Of a stretch of DNA of 64,000 nucleotides, positions 1 through 10,187 are shown in pieces. Origin of the DNA: an uncultured Acidobacteriota bacterium. GTDB taxonomy: Bacteria; Acidobacteriota; Thermoanaerobaculia; Multivoradales; UBA5704. The notes beneath the pieces are model-generated. The model saw nothing but the letters and a program-made list of their open reading frames with translations, had not been told where the DNA came from and ran no database searches. Positions within the stretch are counted from its first letter, which is position 1; every line of letters begins with the position of its first letter. A program made the position numbers and the translations under genes. The stretch covers positions 2,688,001 through 2,752,000 of the forward strand of contig OY969474.1 in the NCBI GenBank assembly GCA_963700145.1. The letters are read 5' to 3'.

Positions 1-619
1 CCGGGCGCACCTCGCAGCGCGCGCCGCTCGCCTCCACCTCGAACGGCGCCGGCAGCGGCCGGCTCACCGGTTCGTCCTGCGGCCGGAAGTGGACCCGCGG
101 CTCGAGGATCAGGCGGAAGCGGCCCTCGCCGTCGAGCAGGCGGTAGAGGACGTGGACGGTGTTCTGCCCGTGCGGCAGGACGAGCCGCTTCTCGAGGCGC
201 ACGCCCTCGCCGGCGAAGACCCAGACCGGCAGCCCACCCTCGATCCGGAACTCCACGAGCTGGTGGACGGCGCGCAGGTCGGGCGGCGAGCCCTGCCGCT
301 CCTCGCCGCTCAGGCAGAGGTCGGCACCGGAGGGGAGGCGGACCTTCTCGCCGAGCTGCGCCAGGGTGACGACGCGCCCGACGCGCAGCGCCGCGATCAG
401 CAGCCCGTGGTAGCGGCGGGTGGGGATCCCCGCCACCGTCCCCGCCGCGTAGCCGCCGAGGCCGTTGGCGACCAGCCACTCCAGGGCGACCAGGCGCTCG
501 GGATCGGCGCCGGGCACCGGCACCTCGCGCACCGGCAGCGGGATCGGGAGCACCGCGTCGCCCGGCGCGATCGTCTCCTCGCCCGCGGCCGCCGCCGGCG
601 GCGGCTCAGTCGTCGTCAT
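1..619 (-). CDS. Glycogen debranching enzyme / amylo-alpha-1,6-glucosidase, N-terminal part (runs off the window)
   Basis: Not in the ORF track. ATG at 619 follows a GGAGG RBS. My translation MTTTEPP...EWLVANGLGGYAAGTVAGIPTRRYHGLL matches the GDE N-terminal signature. Overlaps the treZ stop. Confidence 0.85.
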   Translation of the reverse strand, partial: MTTTEPPPAAAAGEETIAPGDAVLPIPLPVREVPVPGADPERLVALEWLVANGLGGYAAGTVAGIPTRRYHGLLIAALRVGRVVTLAQLGEKVRLPSGADLCLSGEERQGSPPDLRAVHQLVEFRIEGGLPVWVFAGEGVRLEKRLVLPHGQNTVHVLYRLLDGEGRFRLILEPRVHFRPQDEPVSRPLPAPFEVEASGARCEVRP

Positions 620-2594
620 GCGGCACCTCCTCGCGCTGCGGGTCGTGCTTCGGGAACTGCACACGCCGGCGCGGCGGCGGCTCGTCGGCGCGCGGCCCGG
701 GCGCCAGCACCAGGGCCGCGTGCCCGGTCAGGAACCACCCCTCCGCTCCCTCCGGCTCGGTCGCGCCGCCGCCGGCGTAGCGGGCCGCCTCGCTCGACCA
801 GAGAATGCGCCAGCGCTCCCCCGCCGGCGGCGCCAGGAGCGGCTCGGGGGCCGGCGTCAGCTCGAGGTCGCGGCCGAGGTTGACGACGAGAAGGCGATCG
901 CCGTCCGCGCCGCGGCCGAAGAAGCGCAGGACGAAGGCCTCGGGGCCGAGGACGGCGCCGTCGATCCCCTCCGCGCCCTGCAGGCGGAAGACCGGGTCCT
1001 CGCGCCGCAGGCGGAGGAGGTCGCGGTGGAGGGCCACGGCGTGCACGTGCCGCCGCCGCTCGCCGGGGTCGAGCCTCGAGACTTCGAACGTTGCCGCGGT
1101 CTCGGGGTCGGGGATCGCGGCCCGGATCTCCGGGTCGCTCAGGCTCTCGAACTGCTCGAGGAACTCCAGCCGCCCGCGCCGCACCTTCGCCGCCAGCTCG
1201 GGCTCGTGGTCGGCGAAGTAGTGGAACGGGCTCGAGGTCCAGAACTCCTGCCCCTGGAAAAGCAGCGGCGTCTCCGGCCCGAGCAGCAGGAGCGCGGTCA
1301 GCGCGCGCATCCGGCCGGGCGAGGTGCGCTGGTGGAGGCGCAGGCCGCGCGCCGAGTTGGCGAGCTGGTCGTGGTTCTCGAGGAAGTGGACGAAGGCCGG
1401 GAACGGCAGGTCGAAGGCCGGCCCGCCGCGCCGCTTCTGCTGCCAGACGTAGCGCTGCCCCTGGTAGAGGAAGCCGCGCTTGAGCAGCGACACCAGCTCC
1501 TGCGGCGTGCCCGAGTAGTCGGTGTAGTAGGCGTCGTTGCGGCCGGTCGCGGCGACCAGCGCGGCGTGGTGGAAGTCGTCGTTCCACATCATGTCGAGGC
1601 CGTGGCCGCGCTGCTCCGGCGGCAACTCCGGGTCCGCCGGCCGCACCAGCCGCCCGTCCTGCGGCTCGTTCTCGGCCACCAGCAGCGTGCGGCGGCGGCC
1701 GCCGGCCTCCCGCACCCGGCGCGCGATGGCGGCGATCACGTGCTCGGGCGACTCGTCGTAGATGTCCTGCGTTGCGTCGAGGCGGAGGCCGTCGAAGTGG
1801 TGCTCCTCGATCCAGTACTCGGCGTTGGCGAGGAAGAAGTCGCGCACCGCGCCCGAGCCCTCGCGGTCGAAGTTGATCGCCGCCCCCCAATCGGTCGGGC
1901 GTCCCCGACTGAAGAAGGTGTCCGAGAACTGCGCCAGGTAGTTGCCGTCCGGCCCGAGGTGGTTGTAGACGACGTCGAGGACGACACCGAGCCCGAGGGC
2001 GTGTGCGCGGTCGACGAAGCGGCGGAGGTCGTCCGGCTGCCCGTAGCCGCGGTACGGTGCGAAGAGGTTGACGCCGTCGTACCCCCAGCCGAAGCGGCCC
2101 GGGAACTCGGCGATCGGCATCAGCTCGACGGCGGTGATCCCCAGCTCCACCAGCGCCGGCAGCTCGCGCGCCGCGGCCTCCCAGGTCCCCTCCGGCGTGA
2201 AGGTGCCGGGGTGCATCTCGTAGAGCACCTGGCCTTCGGGGGCGAGGCCGGGCCAGGCGGCGTCGGTCCACGGGAAGCCGGCCGGGTCCTCGACCCGCGA
2301 CGGCCCGTGCGGACCCTCCGGCTGGAAGCGCGACGCGGGATCGGGGAAGGCCTCGCCGCCGTCGAGCCGGAAGCGGTAGAGGTCGCCCGCGCGCGCCGTC
2401 TCGGCGGCGCCGGAGAACCACCCCTCCGGCTCGGCCTCCAGGGGCACCGGCGGGAGGTCGCGGGAGAAAAACACCACCTCCACCCGCCGCCGCTTGGGCG
2501 CCCAGACGCGGAAGGAGACGCCGCCCCCGGCGAGGGGCTCCGCCCCTACGGGCAGGCGTCTCGCGAGAGCTAAAGCAGGGGGCTGGGCAGGCAT
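606..2594 (-). CDS. treZ: Malto-oligosyltrehalose trehalohydrolase (GH13)
   Basis: FRVWAP, DPASRFQPEGPHGPS, WGYDGV, LDVVYNHLGPDGNY, GLRLDATQ, ENHDQLAN, PLLFQGQE motifs. Start placed at ATG 2594. Confidence 0.92.
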   Translation of the reverse strand: MPAQPPALALARRLPVGAEPLAGGGVSFRVWAPKRRRVEVVFFSRDLPPVPLEAEPEGWFSGAAETARAGDLYRFRLDGGEAFPDPASRFQPEGPHGPSRVEDPAGFPWTDAAWPGLAPEGQVLYEMHPGTFTPEGTWEAAARELPALVELGITAVELMPIAEFPGRFGWGYDGVNLFAPYRGYGQPDDLRRFVDRAHALGLGVVLDVVYNHLGPDGNYLAQFSDTFFSRGRPTDWGAAINFDREGSGAVRDFFLANAEYWIEEHHFDGLRLDATQDIYDESPEHVIAAIARRVREAGGRRRTLLVAENEPQDGRLVRPADPELPPEQRGHGLDMMWNDDFHHAALVAATGRNDAYYTDYSGTPQELVSLLKRGFLYQGQRYVWQQKRRGGPAFDLPFPAFVHFLENHDQLANSARGLRLHQRTSPGRMRALTALLLLGPETPLLFQGQEFWTSSPFHYFADHEPELAAKVRRGRLEFLEQFESLSDPEIRAAIPDPETAATFEVSRLDPGERRRHVHAVALHRDLLRLRREDPVFRLQGAEGIDGAVLGPEAFVLRFFGRGADGDRLLVVNLGRDLELTPAPEPLLAPPAGERWRILWSSEAARYAGGGATEPEGAEGWFLTGHAALVLAPGPRADEPPPRRRVQFPKHDPQREEVPHDDD

Positions 2595-2640
2595 GCGGTT
2601 TGGGGAGGCGTGCACGGTGTATGCCGGAAAAGAACCCGCC

Positions 2641-2735
2641 CCCAGATCCTTCGCTGCGCTCAGGATGACGTCTTTGGGTTGTGCGCGGAGTGACCCATCA
2701 TCGTCATCCTGAGCGAAGCGAAGGATCTGGGCGGG
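2641..2735. repeat. REP family A inverted doublet (core GTCATCCTGAGCGAAGCGAAGGATCT)
   Basis: AGATCCTTCGCTGCGCTCAGGATGAC at 2644-2669 and its inverse at 2703-2728. The addA stop codon lies inside the second copy. Confidence 0.85.
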
Positions 2736-5700
2736 AGGATTCCCAGACCTGCCCGGCCGCCAGGAACCAGAGTTCGAAACGGGGAATCTCAGGGAGGCCG
2801 AGCGCCTCCTGGACCGCCCGGGTGTAAGCGGTCCCCTGGGTGGCGTAGACGGCGGCGCGGCTGGTCAGCTCGTCCCCCTCCACCTGGTCGGTCTTGTAGT
2901 CGGCGACGACCAGCCCGCCGTCGGCGGCACGATACAGGAGGTCGATCGTGCCGGAGACATAGCCGACGGCCCCGCCGTCGCCGCCGGCCGGGGGGAGGAG
3001 GACCGGCAGCTCGCGGGCCAGGATCGAGCCGCGGGCGGCGCGGAGGCGGGCGAGGAGGCCGGAAGAGAAGACTCGCGTGAGGATGGCGCGCGCGCGGGCC
3101 GCGGCGGCCTCGCGCTGCTCGGCGTTCAGCGACTCCACCAGCCCCGGCAGCCGCGCGAGCTGCCGCGCCAGCTCCGCCGCGGGCTCGGCCTCCAGATCCC
3201 ACTCTTCGAGCGCTTGGTGCACGGCGCTCCCGGCGGCCATCGCGGCGTCCCTCCCGGCCGCGCCTGCCCTGCCCGCTCTCGCCGCTTCCTCCGCCGCCGC
3301 CTCCCGCTCCTCCCGCAGCCGCTCGTGTGCCTCGGCGCTCGCCGCCGCGCCGAACGGCCTCGCCATGCGTGCCCGCGCCGCCTCACGCCGCGCGTGCAGC
3401 GCCTCCGCCTGCCGCGCCGCCTCGGCCGGCGTCGCCAGCCAGGCCGGTGCCTCGCGCTCCGCCTCCGTCTCCTCGCCGGCGCCGGCGAGCGCCGGGAACC
3501 GCCAGAGCGCCCCGAAGGCGTCCGCGCGCGCCGCCTCGCCCCCCTCGCCGGTCCCGCGCAGCTTCGCCCACAGCCCGTCCAGCCCCTCCTCCGGCCGCCC
3601 CGCCCGCCACACCAGCAGGTCGAGGAGGCTGCGCGCCCGCTCCGGCGGCCGCGGCGCCGGCGCCTCCGCCGGCCAGCAGCCCAGCAGCACCAGCCGCTCC
3701 TTGGCGCGCGTCGTCGCCACGTAGAGGAGGCGCACGCGCTCCGCCGCCTCGACCTCCTCGCGCTGCGCCTCGACGCGGTCGAAGCCCGAGGTCGCGGCGC
3801 CGAAGAGCGACAGCTCCAGCCACCCGTCCACCCGCCCGAAGGCGAAGGGCTCGCGCTCGTCGGGGCGCTTCTGCTTGTGGAGCTGCGCCACGTAGACGTG
3901 GCGGAAGTCGAGCCCCTTGGCGCCGTGGATCGTGAGCACCTGCACCGCGTCGTCGAGGCCGGCCTGTGGGCGCGCCTCCTCGGCCTCGCGCGCCGCGGCG
4001 ACGCTGCGGCGGAGCGAGCGCAGGACGGCCGTGGCGTCGCCGCCACCGGCCTCCAGCGCGGCCGCCAGCTCGCGGAAGAAGCGCTCCAGGTTGGCCAGGC
4101 GGTAGGCGCCGAGGGTGCGCGCCGCCTCGACCGGCTCGAGCAGCGTCAGCGCCCGGAGCTTGTCGACGAAGACGTCCACCGGGTCGCGGGCGAAGGAGCG
4201 CCGCAGCGCCGCCAGGGCCTCCAGCCCGGCGATCAGCCCCTTCTCCCAGCCGGCGATGCGCTCGAGCCCCGGCGCCGCCGGTACTTCCTTCGCCGCCCCC
4301 TCGACCAGCTCGGCCAGCGCCGCCAGCGCCTCGCGGTCCGCGGTCTCGTCGGCGTGCCCGGCGCCCAGCTCCGTCGCGCGCCGCGGCAGCTGCCGCCGCC
4401 AGAGCGGCACCAGCGCCGCGTCGGGCACGCCGATCAGCGCCGAGCGCAGCACGGTGAGCAGCGCCAGGTGGTCGCCGGGGTCGAGCACCGCCCGCACCAG
4501 CGCCGCCGCCTCGATCACCTCGCGGCGCCGGTAGTACTGCTTGTCGCGGCCGACCAGGAAGGGCACCCCGGCCCGCCGCAGCGCTTCGAGGTAGATGTCG
4601 AGGTCGCCGCCGCTGCGCACCAGGATCGCCGTCTCGCCGAGCCGCACGCCGGCGGCGCGCAGCGCCAGGAGGTCGCGCGCCAGGGCCGCCGCCTCCAGCT
4701 CGGTCGCTTCGGTCAGCGACGGCGCGCGCGCCCCCGGCTCCCAGCCGGGCGGCCAGCTCACCCAGTGCTCGACCGCCCGGCGCTCGGGATCAGCGTAGCC
4801 GGCGCTGCCGGCCAGCCGCTCGCAGGCGAGGAGCGGCTCGAAGCGCGGCTGGATGCCGGCGCGCTCGCGCAGCACCGGCTCGACGATGCGCGTGACCTCC
4901 TCGAGCACCGCCGGCACCGAGCGGAAGTTCTCGGCCAGCGGCCGCACCTCGCCGCCGGCCGCGCGCACCGCGCCGACGAACGCGTCGTAGGCCGCGAGGT
5001 CGGCGCTGCGCCAGCCGTAGATCGACTGCTTCGGGTCGCCGACCAGGAAGAGCCCCGGGCGTTCCTCGGCAGGCCCGTCGAGCGCCAGCCAGCGCAGCAG
5101 CTCGCACTGCACGCGGTCGGTGTCCTGGAACTCGTCCACCAGGAGCTGGTCGATGCCGCGGCGCAGGCGCGTCCGTACCCCGGGGTGCCCGGCCAGCAGC
5201 GCGACGGCGCCCTCGAGCAGCCCGTCGTAGGTCACCGCGCCGCGCGCCCGCATGCCGCGCTCGACCTCGGCGAGGAGCGGCGCCAGCGCGCCGCGCGCCG
5301 CCGCCAGCAGCTCGGGGTCGAGCGTCGCCAGGTGCCGCGCCAGGCGGCACAGCTCGTCGGTGTGGCGGCGGAGGGCCTCGCGCTCGGCGTCGGGGAGCGC
5401 GGGCTTGCCCCCCTCGGCCTCGCGCGCCAGCTTGCGCAGGTGGGAGAGGAGGTTGTCGGGCAGGAGCGCCGCGAGCCGCCGCTGCAGGAGGCGCACGCCG
5501 GCCGACTCCCGCTCGTCCTCGCCGAAGAACGCCGCCTCCGCCACCGTCGGCTCCAGCCGCCCGCGGGCCGCCAGGCGCTCGAGCTCCTGCGCCAGCCGCG
5601 CCAGGCCGGCGCGCAGCGCCTTGGTGTTGGGGCGCGAGTCGCCGCCGAAGGCCGCGGCGACGAGCGGCGCCAGCGGCCCGACCGCGGCGGCGAAGCGCGC

Positions 5701-6438
5701 CACCAGCGCGGCGGCCTCTTCGCCGGGGTCGGCAGCCCCGGCCAGCTCCTCCGCCGAGACGGCGTGGACGTGGAGCAGCGTCAGCGCGTCGGCCACCTGC
5801 TGCGGCGGGATGCCGCGCGCCGCCAGGCGCAGGAGGTCCGAGTCCGCCTCGTCCTCGTAGGCGCGGCGCAGCGCCGGCTCGACCGTCTCGCGCACCACCT
5901 CCTCCAGCGCCAGGCCGTCGGCGTCCACCGTGAACGCCGGGTGCAGCCCCGCCTCCAGCGGGTGGTCGGCGAGCAGGCCGCGGCAGAAGGCGTGGATGGT
6001 GCGCACCGTCAGCCGATCGAGCGTCGCGGCCAGCGCCCGGGCGCGGCGGGTGCGCTCGCCGGCCGGCGGCAGCAGGTCGGCGGCGAGCCACTCCGGCGGC
6101 TCGCCGCCCGCGGCCAGCTCCGTCAGCCAGTGCCCCGCCCGCTCCGCCATCTCGGCCGCCGCCGCCTCGGTGAAGGTGATCGCCACGACGCCGGCGAGGA
6201 GCGCCGCCGCCGTGCGCTCGCCGGTCGGGTCCGTCTCCGCGCCGGCGCGCTCCGCCCGGCGCGCCGCCGCCCGCTCCCACCCCGGCCCCAGGCACCAGGC
6301 GAGGAGGCGGGCGACGAGAGCGGTGGTCTTGCCGGTGCCGGCGCCCGCTTCGAGCACCACCGGCCGCACGAACTCGCTCTGCGCCAGGCGCCGGGCGGCG
6401 TGGTCGGCGGCGCGCAGGGCGGAGCGCTCGCCGCTCAA
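2704..6438 (-). CDS. addA: AddA-like UvrD helicase / PD-(D/E)XK nuclease
   Basis: Walker A AGAGTGKT, AITFTEAAA, TIHAFC, LVDEFQDT, VGDPKQSIYGWR, TIHGAKGL, LLYVATTRA, C-terminal GTIDLL..ADYKT. TTG start at 6438 overlaps the addB TGA. The 2472-aa ORF call is over-extended. Confidence 0.9.
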   Translation of the reverse strand: MSGERSALRAADHAARRLAQSEFVRPVVLEAGAGTGKTTALVARLLAWCLGPGWERAAARRAERAGAETDPTGERTAAALLAGVVAITFTEAAAAEMAERAGHWLTELAAGGEPPEWLAADLLPPAGERTRRARALAATLDRLTVRTIHAFCRGLLADHPLEAGLHPAFTVDADGLALEEVVRETVEPALRRAYEDEADSDLLRLAARGIPPQQVADALTLLHVHAVSAEELAGAADPGEEAAALVARFAAAVGPLAPLVAAAFGGDSRPNTKALRAGLARLAQELERLAARGRLEPTVAEAAFFGEDERESAGVRLLQRRLAALLPDNLLSHLRKLAREAEGGKPALPDAEREALRRHTDELCRLARHLATLDPELLAAARGALAPLLAEVERGMRARGAVTYDGLLEGAVALLAGHPGVRTRLRRGIDQLLVDEFQDTDRVQCELLRWLALDGPAEERPGLFLVGDPKQSIYGWRSADLAAYDAFVGAVRAAGGEVRPLAENFRSVPAVLEEVTRIVEPVLRERAGIQPRFEPLLACERLAGSAGYADPERRAVEHWVSWPPGWEPGARAPSLTEATELEAAALARDLLALRAAGVRLGETAILVRSGGDLDIYLEALRRAGVPFLVGRDKQYYRRREVIEAAALVRAVLDPGDHLALLTVLRSALIGVPDAALVPLWRRQLPRRATELGAGHADETADREALAALAELVEGAAKEVPAAPGLERIAGWEKGLIAGLEALAALRRSFARDPVDVFVDKLRALTLLEPVEAARTLGAYRLANLERFFRELAAALEAGGGDATAVLRSLRRSVAAAREAEEARPQAGLDDAVQVLTIHGAKGLDFRHVYVAQLHKQKRPDEREPFAFGRVDGWLELSLFGAATSGFDRVEAQREEVEAAERVRLLYVATTRAKERLVLLGCWPAEAPAPRPPERARSLLDLLVWRAGRPEEGLDGLWAKLRGTGEGGEAARADAFGALWRFPALAGAGEETEAEREAPAWLATPAEAARQAEALHARREAARARMARPFGAAASAEAHERLREEREAAAEEAARAGRAGAAGRDAAMAAGSAVHQALEEWDLEAEPAAELARQLARLPGLVESLNAEQREAAAARARAILTRVFSSGLLARLRAARGSILARELPVLLPPAGGDGGAVGYVSGTIDLLYRAADGGLVVADYKTDQVEGDELTSRAAVYATQGTAYTRAVQEALGLPEIPRFELWFLAAGQVWESSRPDPSLRSG

Positions 6439-9400
6439 CCTTCCTCCACCGCCGCCGCCAGCCGCCAGACCCCGAGCAGCGCCGCGGATTCGTCCGTCGC
6501 GCCGGCGTCCACCGCGGCCGCCGCCGCGGCATGCGCCCGCTCGCTCCATTCGAACAGCCGCCGCCGCGCTCCCGAGTCGCCGCGCAGGCACCCCTCGGCC
6601 ACCTCGCAGAACTTGCAGCGCACCGGCTCCTGCCGCCCGCTCGGCTCCACCACCCGCGGGAAGAAGCTGCCGGCGTCCCAGAGGGCGAGGAGCGACGCCG
6701 CGGTGCCGGCGAAGAGGTCCGCCAGCTCGCGGTCGCCCTCGGGCATCGCCAGCTCGGGCGCCCCGGCCTCGGCGTTGAGGTAGAGGTAGCGCCCGCGGGC
6801 GCCGCCGGCGGGATCGGCCCGCTCGTAGGCCATCGCCTGCAGGAGCTTCCCCTCGCGCACCGCGGCGAGTAGGCGCTTGCGCGCCGTGTCGCGCTTCTGG
6901 CCGGGGTCGAAGGGGCGGCCGGTCTTGTAGTCGGTCAGGCGGAGGGCGCCGTCCGGGCCGCGGTCCAGGCGGTCGGCGCGGAAGGCGATCGGCCGCGGCC
7001 GCCCCGCCGCGTCGGCGACGGAGACCTCCCCCGCCAGCTCGACGCCGAGGACCGCCAGCCCCGCCTCCCCCCAGTCGAGCGACCGCGCCCGCTCGACCAG
7101 CGGCAGCGCCCGGTCGGCCAGCACCCGCGCCAGCCCGCGCCACGGCACCCCGTCGTCGCGCAGCGCCGCCTCCGCCTCCTCGCGCACCAGGCGCGCCAGC
7201 GCCTCGGGCGCCGGCCAGGGGACGGGCACCGGCATGCCGCCGGCGAGCGCGGCGAAGGCCGGCGCCGGCTCCCCCGCACGCGGATCGCCGCCCGCCGGCG
7301 CCCCCGCCTCGCGCGCCAGCCGGGCGAGGATGCGGTGCACCGTGTTTCCCAGGAGGCGCGCGTCCACCGCCGGGAGCGCCGCCAGCGGGTCGGGCGCCCG
7401 CTCCACGCCCAGCAGCCGCGCGGTGAAGAACTGCCAGGGGCAGCCGGCCAGGCGCTCCAGGTGGGTGACGAAGAGCGGGCGGTGGCGCGGGTCGGGCGGG
7501 GCGGCGCCGGCTGCCGCCGCCGGCAGCGCGCCGACGAAGCCGAAGTAAGGCCCGAGCCCGGCGGCGCGCGCACGGCCGGCGGCGGTGCGGCGGTCGGGGT
7601 CCAGCTCGTCGAGCACCGCGACGCGCGCCGCGGCGAGCTGCGCCGGCGGCAGCTCGCGTCCCGGCGCAAGGTGCTCCCGCCGCGCCTCCGCGATCGCCGC
7701 CGCCAGCACGCCGCCGAGCCGGGCCCGCGGGCCGTGCAGGGCGACCAGGGTCGCGTGCTCGTCGGCCGGACGCGGCGTCGGAAGGGCAGGCGCGCCGGGT
7801 CTCGGCGCCGCGAACGGCGGCTGCACCCTGTCCACGTCCTCCTCGCCCTCGGCGCGCGGCAAGCGCTCGACCAGCGGCGACGGCGACCGCGCCCGGCCGT
7901 CGTCGTCCGTCTCCTGCCAGGAGAGCGTCACCGCCGGGCTCGCCGACAGCAGCTGCGCGAAGAGGTAGCGCTCCTCGTCGAAGCCGCCGCGCTTCTCCGG
8001 CAGGTCGGGGAGGACGCGCCGCAGCACCGCGCGCAGGTCGTCGGGCAGCAGCGGGTCCTCGCGCACCGGCCGCGGGAACTCCTCGCGGTTGAGCCCGAGG
8101 AGGAACAGATGGTCGAAGGTGCGCCCGCGCGCCTCGGTGACCGAGAGCACCTGCACGCCGCCCCCGGCGCCGCCGAGTGAGCCTCGCCCCACCGCGTCGA
8201 GCGGCGCGCGCAGCACGAGGCGCAGCTCCTCGGCGGCGAGCTGCACGCCGGGCGGCAGCGCCGCACGCAGGGCGGCGACGGCGGCGAGCGCCTCGGCGTC
8301 CTCGTCCTCGCGCCAGCCGAGGTCGTCGGCCAGCAGCGCGGCCAAGCGGTCGAGGTGCTCGGCCGCGGGCGCCCGGCGCGGCCAGTCGCGGAGGCGGCGG
8401 TCGAGCCGGCCGGCGGCGCGCACGGCGGCGCGCAGCAGGTCGCCCGGGACCCGCCGCCGCGTGGCCCAAGCGGCGACCGGCTCCGGCGCCTCCGGCTCGC
8501 CCGCGTCGTCGCCGTTTCCGACCCCGGCCTCCGCGGCGGCCGCGGAGAGCCCCTGGCGCAGCGGCAGCGCGTAGGCGTCCTTCTCGCCGAGGACGCGGTC
8601 GAGGTCGAGGTCGGCGACGTCGCGCAGCCGCGCCGCGCCGAGGGCGAAGAGGGCGAGCCGCAGATCGGCGCGGCGGGCGGCGGTGAGGCGCCAGCCGCGC
8701 TCCTCGCCCCGCCCGCCGAGGCGCGCCACGGCGTCGAGCCAGCGGTCGGAGGGCGCCGCCTCGCCGCGACGCAGGAGCTCCACGAGCGCGCGGGCGCGGC
8801 GCCCCGCGGCGCCGGCGGGCCCCGCCTCGCCGGCCCCCGAGAAGGGGACGCCGGCGCGCCCGAGGTGACGGCGGAGGGCGAGGCGGTACGGCGCGAGGTC
8901 GCGCGCCACGATCCCGATGCGCTCCGGCGGAGTCCCGGCGTCGAGGAGCCCCCGCGCCGCGGCGGCGGCGGCGCGGGCCTCCGTCTCGGCGCCGGGCGCG
9001 GCGCGGCGGCGGAGGACCGGCGGAGCGGGGGGCGCGCCGGCCGTCTCGCGCTCGACCTCGGCGGCGCCCGCTATGCGCTCCAGCAGGCGGCGGGCGAAGG
9101 CCCGCTCCAGCGGCAATTCGCCGCCGGCGGTGCCGGCCGCCCCCGGGCGCAGCGCCGCCGGGTCGGGCGGCAGGTCGACGATCAGCCGCCCACCGCGGGC
9201 CCGCAGCACCGCTTCGAGGAGGTCGCCGGCGACGCCGGTCACCTCGGCGAAGCCGTGCACCAGGACCGCCCGCGCCGGCAGCAGATCGGGATCGCGGCCG
9301 AGCATCTCCGCCGCCCGCCGCTGCACGTCGCCGGCGCGGGCCAGGCCCAGCCGCTCCAGCTCCGCGGCCGTCCGCGCCGCCACCCGCACCAGCGCCTGCG

Positions 9401-10007
9401 CCCGCTCGACCTGCTGCCGGCTGCCGGCCGCCGCGCCGTCGGCGGCGAGGGCTTCGAGCGCCGCCTCGGCGTGCGCCGCTTCGAGCCCGGCGTCGAGGAG
9501 GTCGCGCACCGTCGCGGCGACGGCGGCGTAGCCGTCGAGCAGCGGATCGAGCCCGCGGGCCAGCGCCCCCTCCCGCCGCGCCGCCCGCTCGACCAGCACC
9601 GGGAAGAGCGCCTCGCCGCCGGCGGTCGCGGTGTCGCGCGCCCCGCCCGCCCGCTCCAGCACCTCCAGTGCGAGGCCGTGCAGCGTCTGCACGCGCACTC
9701 CGGCCAGCGACCGCCCGCGGCGGGCGACCAGCCGCTCCGCCACGTGGGCGCGCAGGCTGCGGGACGGGACGACGACGCGGACCGGGTCGGCCAAGAGGCG
9801 CGGCTCGCGCGCCGCCTCCGCGGCCAGCGCCTCGACCTCGGCGAGCAGCCGCTCCTCCGCCGCCCGCGCACCGTGGGCGACGACGACGCAGCCGCGTGCC
9901 CCGGGATCGGGGACCGGCGGCGCTACCGCGACCGGCTCGGGCGGAAGCAGCTCCTCTACCGTCTCGCCGAACGGCCGCTCGTCGAAAAGATTGCCTTGAA
10001 CCGCCAC
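6435..10007 (-). CDS. addB: AddB-like subunit: degenerate helicase plus PD-(D/E)XK nuclease with Fe-S cysteines
   Basis: LERLAGCPWQFF, LGNTVH, RADRLD...DYKTG, LQAMAY, CKFCEVAEGC. Coupled to addA. Confidence 0.82.
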   Translation of the reverse strand: MAVQGNLFDERPFGETVEELLPPEPVAVAPPVPDPGARGCVVVAHGARAAEERLLAEVEALAAEAAREPRLLADPVRVVVPSRSLRAHVAERLVARRGRSLAGVRVQTLHGLALEVLERAGGARDTATAGGEALFPVLVERAARREGALARGLDPLLDGYAAVAATVRDLLDAGLEAAHAEAALEALAADGAAAGSRQQVERAQALVRVAARTAAELERLGLARAGDVQRRAAEMLGRDPDLLPARAVLVHGFAEVTGVAGDLLEAVLRARGGRLIVDLPPDPAALRPGAAGTAGGELPLERAFARRLLERIAGAAEVERETAGAPPAPPVLRRRAAPGAETEARAAAAAARGLLDAGTPPERIGIVARDLAPYRLALRRHLGRAGVPFSGAGEAGPAGAAGRRARALVELLRRGEAAPSDRWLDAVARLGGRGEERGWRLTAARRADLRLALFALGAARLRDVADLDLDRVLGEKDAYALPLRQGLSAAAAEAGVGNGDDAGEPEAPEPVAAWATRRRVPGDLLRAAVRAAGRLDRRLRDWPRRAPAAEHLDRLAALLADDLGWREDEDAEALAAVAALRAALPPGVQLAAEELRLVLRAPLDAVGRGSLGGAGGGVQVLSVTEARGRTFDHLFLLGLNREEFPRPVREDPLLPDDLRAVLRRVLPDLPEKRGGFDEERYLFAQLLSASPAVTLSWQETDDDGRARSPSPLVERLPRAEGEEDVDRVQPPFAAPRPGAPALPTPRPADEHATLVALHGPRARLGGVLAAAIAEARREHLAPGRELPPAQLAAARVAVLDELDPDRRTAAGRARAAGLGPYFGFVGALPAAAAGAAPPDPRHRPLFVTHLERLAGCPWQFFTARLLGVERAPDPLAALPAVDARLLGNTVHRILARLAREAGAPAGGDPRAGEPAPAFAALAGGMPVPVPWPAPEALARLVREEAEAALRDDGVPWRGLARVLADRALPLVERARSLDWGEAGLAVLGVELAGEVSVADAAGRPRPIAFRADRLDRGPDGALRLTDYKTGRPFDPGQKRDTARKRLLAAVREGKLLQAMAYERADPAGGARGRYLYLNAEAGAPELAMPEGDRELADLFAGTAASLLALWDAGSFFPRVVEPSGRQEPVRCKFCEVAEGCLRGDSGARRRLFEWSERAHAAAAAAVDAGATDESAALLGVWRLAAAVEEG

Positions 10008-10050
10008 GAATGAAGGATACCTGCGCCTTCCCCGCTCCGAGCTTCCCCCC

Positions 10051-10178
10051 GCCCAGATCCTTCGCTGCGCTCAGGATGACGTCGGGCCGCTTATCCGGGC
10101 CACAACCTTCCGACGTCACCACAACCCTCCGACGTCATCCTGAACGGAGCGAAGCGAAGTGAAGGATCTGGGCGGGGG
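10051..10178. repeat. REP family A inverted doublet with an internal 19-bp direct repeat
   Basis: Core at 10055-10080 and an extended variant GTCATCCTGAACGGAGCGAAGCGAAGTGAAGGATCT at 10134-10169. CCACAACCYTCCGACGTCA occurs twice between them. Confidence 0.85.
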
Positions 10179-10187
10179 GCCCTTTTT

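Noticed and set aside
6439-10122. N-terminal half of the 2472-aa ORF as a giant AddA fusion
   Set aside because: Low-complexity Arg/Gly/Ala shadow frame over addB. The real addA begins at the TTGA overlap at 6438.
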